64,000 bases of DNA from positions 986,234,001-986,298,000 of the forward strand of contig NW_027362761.1 in assembly GCF_046119375.1 (NCBI RefSeq). Reading direction: 5' to 3'. The DNA is from Phyllobates terribilis (taxonomy: Eukaryota). Below the pieces are notes generated by a model. It did not search any database. It was not told the DNA's origin and saw only the letters and a program-made list of their open reading frames with translations. The position numbers and the translations under genes are program-made. Of this stretch, positions 10,065-21,202 are shown piece by piece (the stretch's first letter is position 1; every line of letters starts with the position of its first letter).

Positions 10065-11995
10065 CTTGTAAGGGGCATTAAAACCGTCTTGTTAAACCAC
10101 TCTGACCTCCACGTCTCTTCCAAGGGGCATTTAAAGTATCTTGTTAAGCTTCTGCCACCTCCACGTCTCTTCCAAGGGGCATTAAAACTGTCTTATTAAG
10201 CTAATGCGACATCCACCACTTTTCCAAGGGGCATTAAAGCTGTCTTGTTAAGCTACTGCGACCTCCACCACTTTTCCAAGGGGCATTAAAGACATCTTGT
10301 TAAGCTACTGCGACCTCCACCGCTCTTCCAAGGGGCATTAAAACCATCTTATTAAACCACTCTGACCTCCACTTCTCTTCCAAGGGGCATTAAAACCGTC
10401 TTCTTAAGCTACTGTAACCTCCACAACTCTTCCAAGGGGCATTTTTACTGTCTTGTTAAGCTACTGCAACCTCCTCATCTCTTCCAAGGGGCATTAAAAC
10501 CATCTTGTTAAGCTAATGCGACCTCCACCACTTTTCCAAGGGGCATTAAAACTGTCTTGTTAAGCTACTGCGACCTCCACCACTTTTCCAAGGGGCATTA
10601 AAGCTGTCTTGTTAAGCTACGGTGACCTCCACGTCTCTTCCAAGGGGCAATAAAACCGTCTTGTTAAGCTACTGCGACCTCCACCGCTCTTCCAAGGGGC
10701 ATTAAAACCGTCTTGTTAAGCTACTGCGGCCTCCACCACTTTTCAAAGGGGCATTGATATTGTCTTTTTATTCCACTGCGACCTCCACGTCTCTTCCAAC
10801 GGGCATTAAAACCGTCTTGTTAAGCTACTGCGACCTCCACGTCTCTTACAATGGGCATTAAAACTGTCTTGTTAAGCTACTGTGACCTCCACCATTCTTC
10901 CAAGGGGCATTAAAACCGTCTTGTTAAGCTACTGCGACCTCCACCGCTCTTCCAAGGGGCATTAAAACCGTCTTGCTAAGCTACTGCGGCCTCCACCACT
11001 TTTCAAAGGTGCATTGATATTGTCTTTTTATTCCACTGCGATCTCCACGTCTCTTCCAAGGGGCATTAAAACCGTCTTGTTAAGCTAATGCGACCTCCAC
11101 CACTTTTCCCAGGGGCATTGATATTGTCTTTTTCTTCCACTGCGTCCTCCATGTCTCTTCCATGGGGCATTAAAACCATCTTGTTAAGCTACTGTGACCT
11201 CCACCACTCTTCCAAGGGGCATTTAAACCGTCTTGTTAAGCTACTGTGACCTCCACCACTTTTCCCAGGGGCATTGATATTGCCTTTATATTCCACTGCG
11301 ACCTCCACGTCTCTTCCAAGGGGCATTAAATCCATCTTGTTAAGCTACTATGACCTCCACCAATTTTCCAAGGGGCGTTAAAGCTGTCTTGTTAAGCTAC
11401 GGTGACCTCCACCACTCTTCCAAGGGGCATTAAAACCGTCTTATTAAGCTACAGCGACCTCCACGTCTCTTACAAGGGGCATTAAAGCTGTCTTGTTAAG
11501 CTACTGTGACCTCCACCACTCTTCCAAGGGGCATTAAAACCATCTTGTTAAGCTACTTCGACCTCCACCGCTCTTCCAGGGGGCATTAAAACCGTCTTGT
11601 TAAGCTACTGCGACCTCCACCACTTTTCCAAGGGGCATTGATATTGTCTTTTTATTCCACTGCGACCTCCACGTCTCTTCCAAGGGGCATTAAAACCATC
11701 TTGTTAAGCTAATGCGACCTCCACCACTTTTCCCAGTGGCATTATTATTGCCTTTTTGTTCCACTGCGACCTCCACGTCTCTTCCAAGGGGCATTAAAAC
11801 CGTCTTGTTAAGCTACTGCGACCTCCATCACTTTTCCCAGGGGCATTGATATTGTGTTTTTATTCCACTGCTACCTCCACCACTTTTCCAAGGGGCATTA
11901 AAACCATCTTGTTAAGCTACTGCGACCTCCACCACTTTTTCAAGGGACATTGATATTGTCTTTTTATTCCACTGCGAACTCCACCATTCTTCCAA
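10065..11995. repeat. 52-bp minisatellite (about 37 units, two variant subunits) inside the hAT 3' region
   Basis: Unit AAGCTACTGCGACCTCCACCGCTCTTCCAAGGGGCATTAAAACCGTCTTGTT (AAGCT at 10666 and 10718). A variant carries GATATTGTCTTTTTATTCCA. Confidence 0.95.
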
Positions 11996-12589
11996 CGGGC
12001 ATTTCATTTCTTCCTAATTTTAGTCAGCTTTTGCTTTTCAATGCATAGGCGAACACTAAGGGAGGCCCACTCCCCGATAATGGGTAGAAGGTTTTTAGTA
12101 TGCTGTAATCCACGTCTGTTTCAAGGGGCATTGCAGTTCCTCATAATTTTTGGAAAGCCTTCCATTCACTGCTTTGGCCAACAGTGCACAGGAGACCCAG
12201 TTGCAATAAATGGAAAAAACGGTTTAGTTAAGGTCCTCTGACCCCCATGTCACTTCCAAGGGGCATTGGAGTGCCTCGAAATTTTTGATAGGCATTGCAC
12301 TCACTGCATGCCCTATAACTGTGCAGCTGAACCTCTCCTTTTGGTACAGAAACATATCCTACTAGACATGTGTGGTTGACTTGCCTGATATTGATGTGAA
12401 TGGTCCCTGTTCCTCCTGCTCTTTCTCCTTTGCCACCACCTCATCCATGATTCATCACCTGAAGCTTTGTTTTAATGGGAGTCATAGAACTGGGATAGTA
12501 GCGTAGCAGGAAAACATCCAGCAATCCTCGGAGGGGGTAGGATATGCGCCAAAACGCTGACCACCTGAGGCCTAGCCGCTACTACATAT

Positions 12590-14000
12590 ATGCGCTTGCA
12601 TTCCAAGAAAACAAAGCAGATGCTAACTTCTATCATCATCATCATGCTCCTCACCTTGGCACTCTCAACTCCCCTGATTGAGAAGGCAGGGCCCACCGGA
12701 GGAGTCTGGTTCTCTGGTGGGCTCGTCCAATGCTGCCCTAAAGCAGGCTGGGCTACGAAAAGTGTGGGGGGATGTTCCAAGGAGAAATAGGGGCGGCTGA
12801 GGACCGTTTATGGACACCTGGCCACCCCCAGGTAGCTGGGGACCATGTGTGGACACCCGGCCGCAGGGTGGCTGGAGACCGAGTATGGACACCTGGCCGC
12901 CCCCTTGCGGCTGGGGACCGAGCATGGATACCAGGCCACCAACGCAGCCATGACATGGTGACCGGTGTCTGCCTCCACATGCCTAAAAGGCTCAATTTTA
13001 AGTGGAAGCAAGCTAGCAGTATGGTATTGCAGCCTGGGGGTGGGTGGGTGGCAGGTTGCACACTTACGCTTTCATTCCATGAAAACAAAGCAGATGTTAA
13101 CTTCTATCATCATCATCATGCTCTTCACCTTGGCACTTTCAACTCCCCTGATGGAGAAGCCAGGGCCCACCGGAGGAGTTTAGTTCTCTATTGGGCTCGT
13201 CCAATGTAGCCCTAAAGCAGGCTGGGCTAAGAAAAGTGTGGGGGGATGTTCCAAGGAGAAATAGTGGTGGCTGGGGACCATTTATGGACAGCCGGCCGCC
13301 CCCAGGCGGCTGGGGACCGTGTGTGGACACCCTGCCGCCCCCTGGTGGCTGGGGACCGAGTATGGACACCCTGCCGCCCCCTGGTGGCTGGGGACCGAGC
13401 GTGGACACCCAGCCGCCGGGTGGCTGGGGACTGAGTATGGATACCAGGCCACCGACGCAGCCATGACATGGTGGCCGGCATCTGCCTCCACATGCCTAAA
13501 AGGCCCAATTTCAAGTGCAAGCAGGCTAGCTGTATGGTATTGCAGCCTGGGAGTGGGTGGGTGGCAGGTTGCACACTTACACTTGCATTCCAAGAAAACA
13601 AAGCAGATGCTAACTTCTATCATTATCATCATGCTCCTCACCTTGGCACTCTCAACTACCCTGATGGAGAAGACAGGGCCCACCGGAGGAGTCTGGTTCT
13701 CTGGTGGGCTCGTCCAATGCTGCCCTAAAGCAGGCCGGGCTAAGAAAAGTGTGGGGGGATTTTCCAAGGAGAAATAGGGGCGGCTGGGGACCGTGTGCGG
13801 ACACCCGGCCGTGGGGTGGCTGGGGAACGAGTATGGATACCTCGCTACCGAAGCAGCCATTAGGTAGTGGCCAGGTTCGGCCTCCTCCAAACTAAAAGGC
13901 CCTATTTCATGTGCAAGCAAGCTAGCAGTATGGTATTGCAGCCTGGGGGTGGGTGGGTGCCCGGCTGCATACTTGCGCTTGCAAGGAATGGGGGAGGTAC
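12590..14000. repeat. Three 474/513-bp tandem units containing GC-rich 39-bp subrepeats
   Basis: GAAAACAAAGCAGATG at 12607, 13081 and 13594 (offsets 474 and 513 = 474+39). Subunit approximately GGTGGCTGGGGACCGAGTATGGACACCCTGCCGCCCCCT. Confidence 0.9.
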
Positions 14001-15219
14001 AATTGAACACTGCCCTGGAACAAGGACTTGAACGGGGATAGTTGCAAGTCTGCATCTACTGTTGCGGAAAGGATCACTTCTGATGGGCACACTTTTAGGC
14101 AGTGACCTGGGTGTTATAGATGCTTCCATGGGTCTTCCTCATGCTGTTCCCATGTCTTTTCAGCACTGTATGCAAGATTGTAAAATGTTATAATGACATT
14201 TCCCGGTGAATGCATTTGTCACGGTTGAAAGCAATAGAAAAGTTCAAAAACGCATAAAAATGCTACTTGTGAACATAGCCCAATGTGTGGAGGAGTATTT
14301 TTGTTTTTGGTTATTTATTTTACCTTATGCACAATTCTTTACCCTGCAAGGGAACTTCCTTAACATATTTCACTGGAAAACCGTTTCAGTTTCGCTTTTG
14401 AACGTTTTATTGTGAGCCCGTTAAAGTGGCTTAATACCTCTGACCACGTTGTTGACACCAGTGACCTGGGGGTCATAAATGCTTCCTGGGGCGATCCCCA
14501 TGCTGTCCCCATGTCTTTTGAGCACTGTCACTATCGTTTTGGGGACTTTTTAGGCTTTCTACAGACTGCCGGGGGTGCCACCGCAAAAATGCTCGGGTCT
14601 CCCATAGACTAACATTGGGCTCGTTGCTCGGGTCGAGTATGAATGCGAACTCGGCCCGAGCTTCGAGCACCCGAGCATTTTAGTGCTCGCTCAACACTAT
14701 TAGTTATAATCTTGTCAGACTATTAAGCCACTTTTATGGACTGACAATAAAACATACAAAAACTAAGATAAAATGGATTTTCCTGGAAAAAAATGTTAAT
14801 AAACATTCTTTCCAGTGTATATAACGCAAAATAAATAAGAAAAAAAAAATGCTCCTTCATACCTTGGGCTATGTTCACACATAGTGTTTTTTTGCATGTT
14901 TGCATTGCTTTCAATAGTGAAAAAAACATTCACCAGTAAATATAATTTTAACATTTTAATAACTCATCTGGTCATGTTGTGTGTGAGACATGATCAGACA
15001 CATCCTGCTTAATTTATGAAGGATGGACTGTGAAGGTCCCTTTTTTTTTCAGAGCCATCATGCGGCCCTCACTATTTGTAGAGCGCCATCAGACGGCACC
15101 TTAAAATTGTTAGAGGGCCAGCAGTTGGCCCTCACTTTTGTTAAAGGGCTAGCAAGCGCCCCTCACTATTGACAGAGGGCCATTAAGTGGCCCTCATTCA
15201 AATTTTAGAGGGCCAGCTG

Positions 15220-18200
15220 TAGTGTGGAGCCACCCCCATAGTGTTCGGGTTCGGTTCGGTTCGGCAAACACCGGGATGTTCGTGGAACTGTTCGCCGAAC
15301 ACCTTAGAACACTGTCGAACACCATTAAATCAATGGCAGGCAAATAAAAACACATAGAAAACACCTTCAAAGGTGTCCAAAAGCTGACAAACTGCTCAGA
15401 AGACACTCTCTTTAAAATAGCCGGCCGGCAATTCCGCAGCGGTACCCGACAATTTAAAACAGAAAGAATAGAGCATCACACATCGATTAGATAGATAGAA
15501 ACATGTCAGTCACATATATAAGAAGTACAGTGACAGTGTTGGTTACTGTACTTGTCATATAGTGTTAAACGATTTATTAAAAAAAATAATACTGTTTTCA
15601 TGCACCGTCTCTTTAAAAAAGCCGGCCGGCAATTCAGCATCGGTATTCGACAATTTAGAATAGAAAGAATAGAGCATCACACATAGATTAGATAGATAGA
15701 AACATGTCAGTCACATATATAATAAGTACAGTGATAGTGTTGATTACTGTACTTGTCATTTAGTGTTAAAATAAAGGATTTATTTAAAAAAAAATTGGCG
15801 TGGGGTTCCCCGTAATTTTAGATCCTAGCGGAGGTTGAGCAGATGGCTGCGGCAGATATTTGAAGCCTGGGAAGGGGGTAATACCCACGGAGCTTCCCAG
15901 GCTACTAATATCAGCACCCAGCTGAATACCTAGACTTTACTAGCTATTAAAATGGGGGATCCACCCAAAAAATAACGTGGGGTGCCCCCTATTTTAATAG
16001 CTAGCAAAGGCTAGGCAGACAGCTGGGGGCTGATATTAATAGCCCAGGAAGGGTGCCATGAATATTGGCCCCCTCCGAGGCTAGAAACACCAGCCGTCAG
16101 CCGCCCTAGAAATGGCGCATCCTATGAATTTCATGAAATAATTAAAAAAAAATTGACGTTGGGCTTCGCCCTATTTTTGTGTCCTGCCAGGTACAGCAGG
16201 CAGGAACGGGCTGCCCCCAACCAGCAGCCTATTTGTACCTGGCCGGACACAGCAATATAGGAAAGCCCTTTTTTTTAATTATTTCATGAATTTCATGAAA
16301 TAATTAAAAAAAAAAAAACGTGGCGTTTCGCCCTATTTTTGTGTCCAGTCAGGTACAACTAGGCAGCTGGGGGATGGAATCCGCAGCACAGGGAGGCTCA
16401 AGCTTTCTGCCCCCCCGGCTGCAAATTGCAGTCCGCAGCCAGTACAGAAAATGGCGCGTTCATAGGAGCGCCATCTTCTGGCACTGTACCCAACTTATCC
16501 AGGGCCCTGGTGTGGTGGCTCACTGGGTAATAAAGGGGTTAGGGCCAGCTTGGTATTATCAGCTGGCCCTAAGTCCGAAATTCATTGGGTCACGCCAGTA
16601 TTAGATATGACCACCATGAATTTCTAGTAAAGTATTTAAAAAAACACAACATCCAGAATAAAGTCCTTTAATTTAAGTAAACACACAATTTTTTATTGTT
16701 CTAAATTAAACCATACTTACCATCACGCCCATTTCAGCTGAAGCCAATGTCTTCTGCAATAAAAGTAAAATAATAAACCAACATCATCCTTACCTTTCCA
16801 TGGTTCCCAGGACGTCTCCAGCTCTGCTACATTCACATGACAGGCTGGATCGCAGCTGAAAGCTGCCATCCTGCTTGCCATGCCACAGAAAATGAGAAGA
16901 TCAGGCATGCTTGCGCTCCTCAGTGTCTGGCTGTGACGGCATCCAGTTGAGCCGAGTTCATGTCCAATGAACTCAGCTCACCTCATGCACGTCACTGACA
17001 GCGTGGGAAAATTCTCCTGCGCTTGCCGTGAGCGTGAGAGAATTCTCTCAAGCTCACCGCATGCGCAGGAGAATTCTCCCATTCTGTCAGTGACGTGCAG
17101 GAGGTGAGCTGACTTCATTGGACATGAACTTGACTCATCTGTATGCCGTCACAGCCAGACACTGAGGAGCGCAAACATGCCTGCGATTCTCAGTGTCTGC
17201 GGAATGGCAAGCTGGATGGCAGCTTTCGGCTGCGATCCAGCCTGTCATGTGAATGTAGCTGAGCTGGAGCCATCCTGGGAACCATGGAAAGGTAAGGATG
17301 AGGTTGCTTTATTATTTTACTTTTATTGCAGAAGATATTGGCTTCAGCTGGAATGGGCCTGATGGTAAGTATGGTTTAATTTAGAACAATAAAGAATTGT
17401 GTGTTTATTTCAATTAAAGGACTTTATTCTGGGTGTTTGTGTTTTTTTTTTTTACTTTGACTATGGGGTTAGTAATGGGGATGTCTTATAGACGCCTCTC
17501 CATTACTAACCTGGGCTTGATGTCAGCTGGCATTATAAGCTGACATCAACCCCAGCCCTATTACCCCACTGCCACCACTGCAGGGCAGTGGGAAGAGCAA
17601 GGCTAAGTGCCAGAATTGGCGCATCCTATGGATGCGCCATTTCTGGGGCGGCTAACGGCTGGTGTTTCTAGCCTGGGAGGGGGCCAATATTCATGGCACC
17701 CTTCCTGGGCTTTTAATATCAGCCCCCAGCTGTCTGCCTAGCCTCTGCTAGCTATTAAAATAGGGGGGACCCTACATCATTTTTTTTGGGGTCCCCCATT
17801 TTAATAGCTAGTAAAGGCTAGGTATTCAGCTGGGGGCTGATATTAGTACCTGGGAAGCTCCGTGGGTATCACCCCTTTCCCAGGCTTCAAACATCTGCCC
17901 CCGCTGTCTGCTTAACCTCCGCTAGAGACTAAAATTAAGGGGAACCCCACGCCGATTTTTTTTTAATAAATCCTTTATTTTAACACTAAATGACAAGTAC
18001 AGTAATCAACACTATCACTGTACTTATTATATATGTGACTGACATGTTTATATCTATCTAATCTATGTGTGATGCTCTATTCTTTCTATTCTAAATTGTC
18101 GGGTACCGATGCTGAATTGCCGGCTGGCTTTTTTAAAGAGACGGTGCATGAAAACACTATTATTTTTTTTAATAAATCCTTTAACACTATATGACAAGTA

Positions 18201-18613
18201 CAGTAACCAACACTGTCACTGTACTTCTTATATATGTGACTGACATGTTTCTATCTATCTAATCTATGTGTGATGCTCTATTCTTTCTGTTCTAAATTGT
18301 CAGTTACCGGTGTATGGCGCTGCTGAATTGACCGCTTTTCATGTTTCACTGTGAGCACTGCTCCCATCAATTTGGGCAATCACTGTAATGCCACAACCAC
18401 CATGGCTGTGGCATTACAGTGAGTGGCAGACAATCCCTGCATGATGTGAAAAAATCCAGTTACGCTTTTGGTGCACGAACAGTTATCGAACATAACCTTG
18501 AACAGCCGAATTTTTTGCAAATCGTTCGCGTTCGTCGAACGACTCGAACACCGCCCAAAACAGCTCGAATTTGAGATTGGCGAACAGTTCGAGTTGAACA
18601 CCGCTCATCTCTA
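15220..18613. mobile_element. Non-autonomous fold-back hAT element, 3.4 kb
   Basis: TIRs TAGTGTGGAGCC...CGCTCATCTCTA; TSD GCCAGCTG / GCCAGCAG (7/8); internal inverted arms centred on GAGAGAATTCTCTC at about 17042; no coding capacity. Confidence 0.9.
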
Positions 18614-18773
18614 GCCAGCAGCCAGCCCTCACTCAACATTTTTAGAGGGCCAGCAGTCAGCCCTCACTAAGCATTTTTGGAGGGCTAGCAGCCGGCTATG
18701 CTTTGCATAGCCATATATTGCTACTGCAATATAATATATCTATCTGAGATTGTCAAATTTTCTTTTTCATATA

Positions 18774-20170
18774 CAGTACAGACCAAAAGTTTGGACACAC
18801 CTTCTCATTTAAAGTTTTTTCTGTATTTTCATGACTATGAAAATTGTATATTCACACTGAAGGCATCAAAACTATGAATTAACACATGTGGAATTATATA
18901 CTTAACAAAAAAGTGTGAAACAACTGAAAATATGTCTCATATTTTAGGTTCTTCAAAGTAGCCACCTTTTGCTTTGATGACTGCTTTGCACACTCTTGGC
19001 ATTCTCTTGATGAGCTTCAAGAGGTAGTCACCGGAAATGGTTTTCACATCACAGGTGTGCCCTGTCAGGTTTAATAAGTGGGATTTCTTGCCTTATAAAT
19101 GGGGTTGGGACCATCAGTTGTGTTGTGCAGAAGTCTGGTGGATACACAGCTGATAGTCCTACTGAATAGACTGTTAGAATTTGTATTATGGCAAGAAAAA
19201 TGCAGCTAAGTAAAGAAAAACGAGTGGCCATCATTACTTTAAGAAATGAAGGTCAGTCAGTCCGAAAAATTGGGAAAACTTTGAAAGTGTCCCCAAGTGC
19301 AGTTGCAAAAACCATCAAGCACTAGAAAGAAACTGGCTCACATGAGGACCGCCCCAGGAAAGGAAGACCAAGAGTCACCTTTTCTTCTGAGGATAAGTTT
19401 ATCCGAGTCACCAGCCTCAGAAATTGCAGGTTAACAGCAGCTCAGATTAGAGACCAGGTGAATGCCACACAGAGTTCTAGCAATAGACACATCTCTACAA
19501 CAACTGTCAAGAGGAGACTTTGTGCAGCAGGCCTTCATGGTAAAATAGCTGCTAGGAAACCACTGCTAAGGACAGGCAACAAGGAGAAGAGACTTGTTTG
19601 GGCTAAAGAACACAAGGAATGGACATTAGACCAGTGGAAATCTGTGCTTTGGTCTGATGAGTCCAAATTTGAGATCTTTGGTACCAACCACCGTTTCTTT
19701 GTGCGACGCAGAAAAGGTGAACGGATGGACTCTACATGCCTGGTTCCCACCATGAAGCATGGAGGAGGAGGTGTGATGGTGTGGGGGTGCTTTGCTGGGG
19801 ACAATGTTGGGGATTTATTCAAAATTGAAGGCATACTGAACCAGCATGGCTACCACAGCATCTTGCAGCGGCATGCTATTCCATCCGGTTTGCGTTTAGT
19901 TGGACCATCATTTAGTTTTCAACAGGACAATGACCCCAAGCACACCTCCAGGCTGTGTAAGGGCTATTTGACCAAGAAGGAGAGTGATGCGGTGCTGTGC
20001 CTGATGACCTGGCCTCCACAGTCACCAGACCTGAACCCAATCGAGATGGTTTGGGGTGAGCTGGACCGCAGAGTGAAGGCAAAAGGGTCAACAAGTGCTA
20101 AGCATCTCTGGGAACTCCTTCAAGATTGTTGGAAGACCATTTCCGGTGACTACCTCTTGAAGCTCATCAA
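18774..20170 (+). mobile_element. Tc1-superfamily DD38E (Intruder/IT-type) transposon, 3'-truncated
   Basis: TA followed by CAGTACAGACCAAAAGTTTGGACACACC (left TIR). Transposase breaks off near 20170; no right TIR seen. Confidence 0.9.
19188..20170 (+). pseudogene. DD38E transposase pseudogene
   Basis: ATG at 19188, single in-frame TAG at 19323. Motifs GRPR, WSDESKF, QQDNDPKH and WPPQSPDLNPIE; 38 residues between the second D and E. Confidence 0.92.
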
Positions 20171-21202
20171 AAGGCTCTGAAGCCTATCACTGGTATATAT
20201 TTCTCACTTCTATGTGTGATCTATCCTGAAAACTGCCTTGTACCTCCATGCAATGCTCTGCAGCCTATCACTGGTATATATTTCTCACTCCTCTACGTTG
20301 TTTAATCCATGATACTTTAAAGTCATCACACTTACTTTAACAGTTTATGATCCATGCTGAGTTGCTTGTCTGTTTTTTTTTCTGCAGTTTTATGGTCTCC
20401 TGTTGTCTTAAGCTAGTTGATTGATTGCTAACGAGTTAAATCTGTGTAGATCTAAGCAGATACGTCCCGATATATTGAGACATAGTCAAGGGGCAGCATT
20501 TATGCGGGGGCATTTATGCATACTTTATCGAAGTGCCATAATTTATCAAAGTGCTGCGGCAGTTAGATATGGCAGTTGGACAGGGCAGGAGAAAGGTAAG
20601 ACATGCAAGACAATTAAACAAACTTGCTTCCTGGTCATTTGTTTTGCAAACAGTATTCACCATTTGTATCTGTGCCATTTATATTCTGGCTGCTACAATC
20701 ATCCACATTCACCGTTCTCCCACAAATTCGGCACACTTCATCCATATTAACCCCTCTCTCCTCTCTTCTCCTATGTACAGCTGTCATGCTCTCTTCACAA
20801 TGTTATACCACGCTGATCCATTCATTCCCATCATACAACACAGGAAACGCTCTCACAAATCACTCAAACATCTGCTCACTCTCTGTATCTTCCTTCTATT
20901 AGTTGCAGTTGATATTTCTCCCAACCCAGGACCCTCCAGTAATAATAACACTAACTCTTTCCCTGTTACATTCAGAAACCCTGCTAATCTCATTAATATT
21001 CCCTGCATATCTTCTGTCTCATTCAATTGTGCCCTTTGGAATGCGCGCTCAGCTTGTAATAAACTCTCTTACATCCATGACTTTTTCCTCTCTAATTCCC
21101 TCAACCTTCTGGCTCTCACTGAAAACTGCATCCAGCAGTCGGACACCACCGCCGCTGCAGCTCTCTCCTATGGTGGCCTACATTTCTCTCATACCCCACG
21201 AC
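20171..21202 (+). mobile_element. 5' part of an L2/CR1-group LINE, cut by a hAT end
   Basis: Contains an ORF with an APE endonuclease N-terminus; short direct repeat AGCCTATCACTGGTATATATTTCTCACT at about 20181 and 20262. The 5' boundary is approximate. Confidence 0.75.
20773..21202 (+). pseudogene. LINE ORF fragment: 2A-like motif plus APE endonuclease N-terminus
   Basis: HLLTLCIFLLLVAVDISPNPGP, then CALWNARSACNK...LLALTE...HFSHTPR; truncated at the hAT TIR at 21203. Confidence 0.85.

Larger units (their letters stand above)
3300..14699 (+). mobile_element. Complete 11.4-kb hAT DNA transposon (decayed transposase)
   Basis: TIRs TAGTGTTGAGCGAGCA...TGCTCGCTCAACACTA; identical 8-bp TSD TTAGTTAT at 3292-3299 and 14700-14707; internal transposase pseudogene. 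Confidence 0.95.
3075..18703 (-). mobile_element. Truncated terminal fragment of a hAT element, split by two nested insertions (segments 3075-3299, 14700-15219, 18614-18703)
   Basis: Starts TAGTGATGGCCGAGCACTAAAATGCTCGG, like the ends at 34973 and 55304. Removing the two inserts restores continuity with the homologous sequence at about 35100-35560 and 55540-56010. Confidence 0.75.

Noticed and set aside
10065-11995. CRISPR-like appearance of regular repeats
   Set aside because: Units are contiguous with no unique spacers, there are no cas genes, and the context is eukaryotic.
14050-14090. CIYCCGKDHF resembling a gag CCHC zinc knuckle
   Set aside because: The last Cys is missing, a stop follows immediately and there is no other gag or pol similarity.
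16723-17362. Recurrent 61-aa ORF (MPA.LSVCGM.SWMAAFGCDPACH...) in all fold-back arms
   Set aside because: Recurrence follows from arm duplication; frameshifted or stopped in other arms and no recognisable domain.
19653-19680. CTGATGAGTCC hammerhead-like start
   Set aside because: It is the coding sequence of the transposase WSDESK motif; no closing stem or GAAA.
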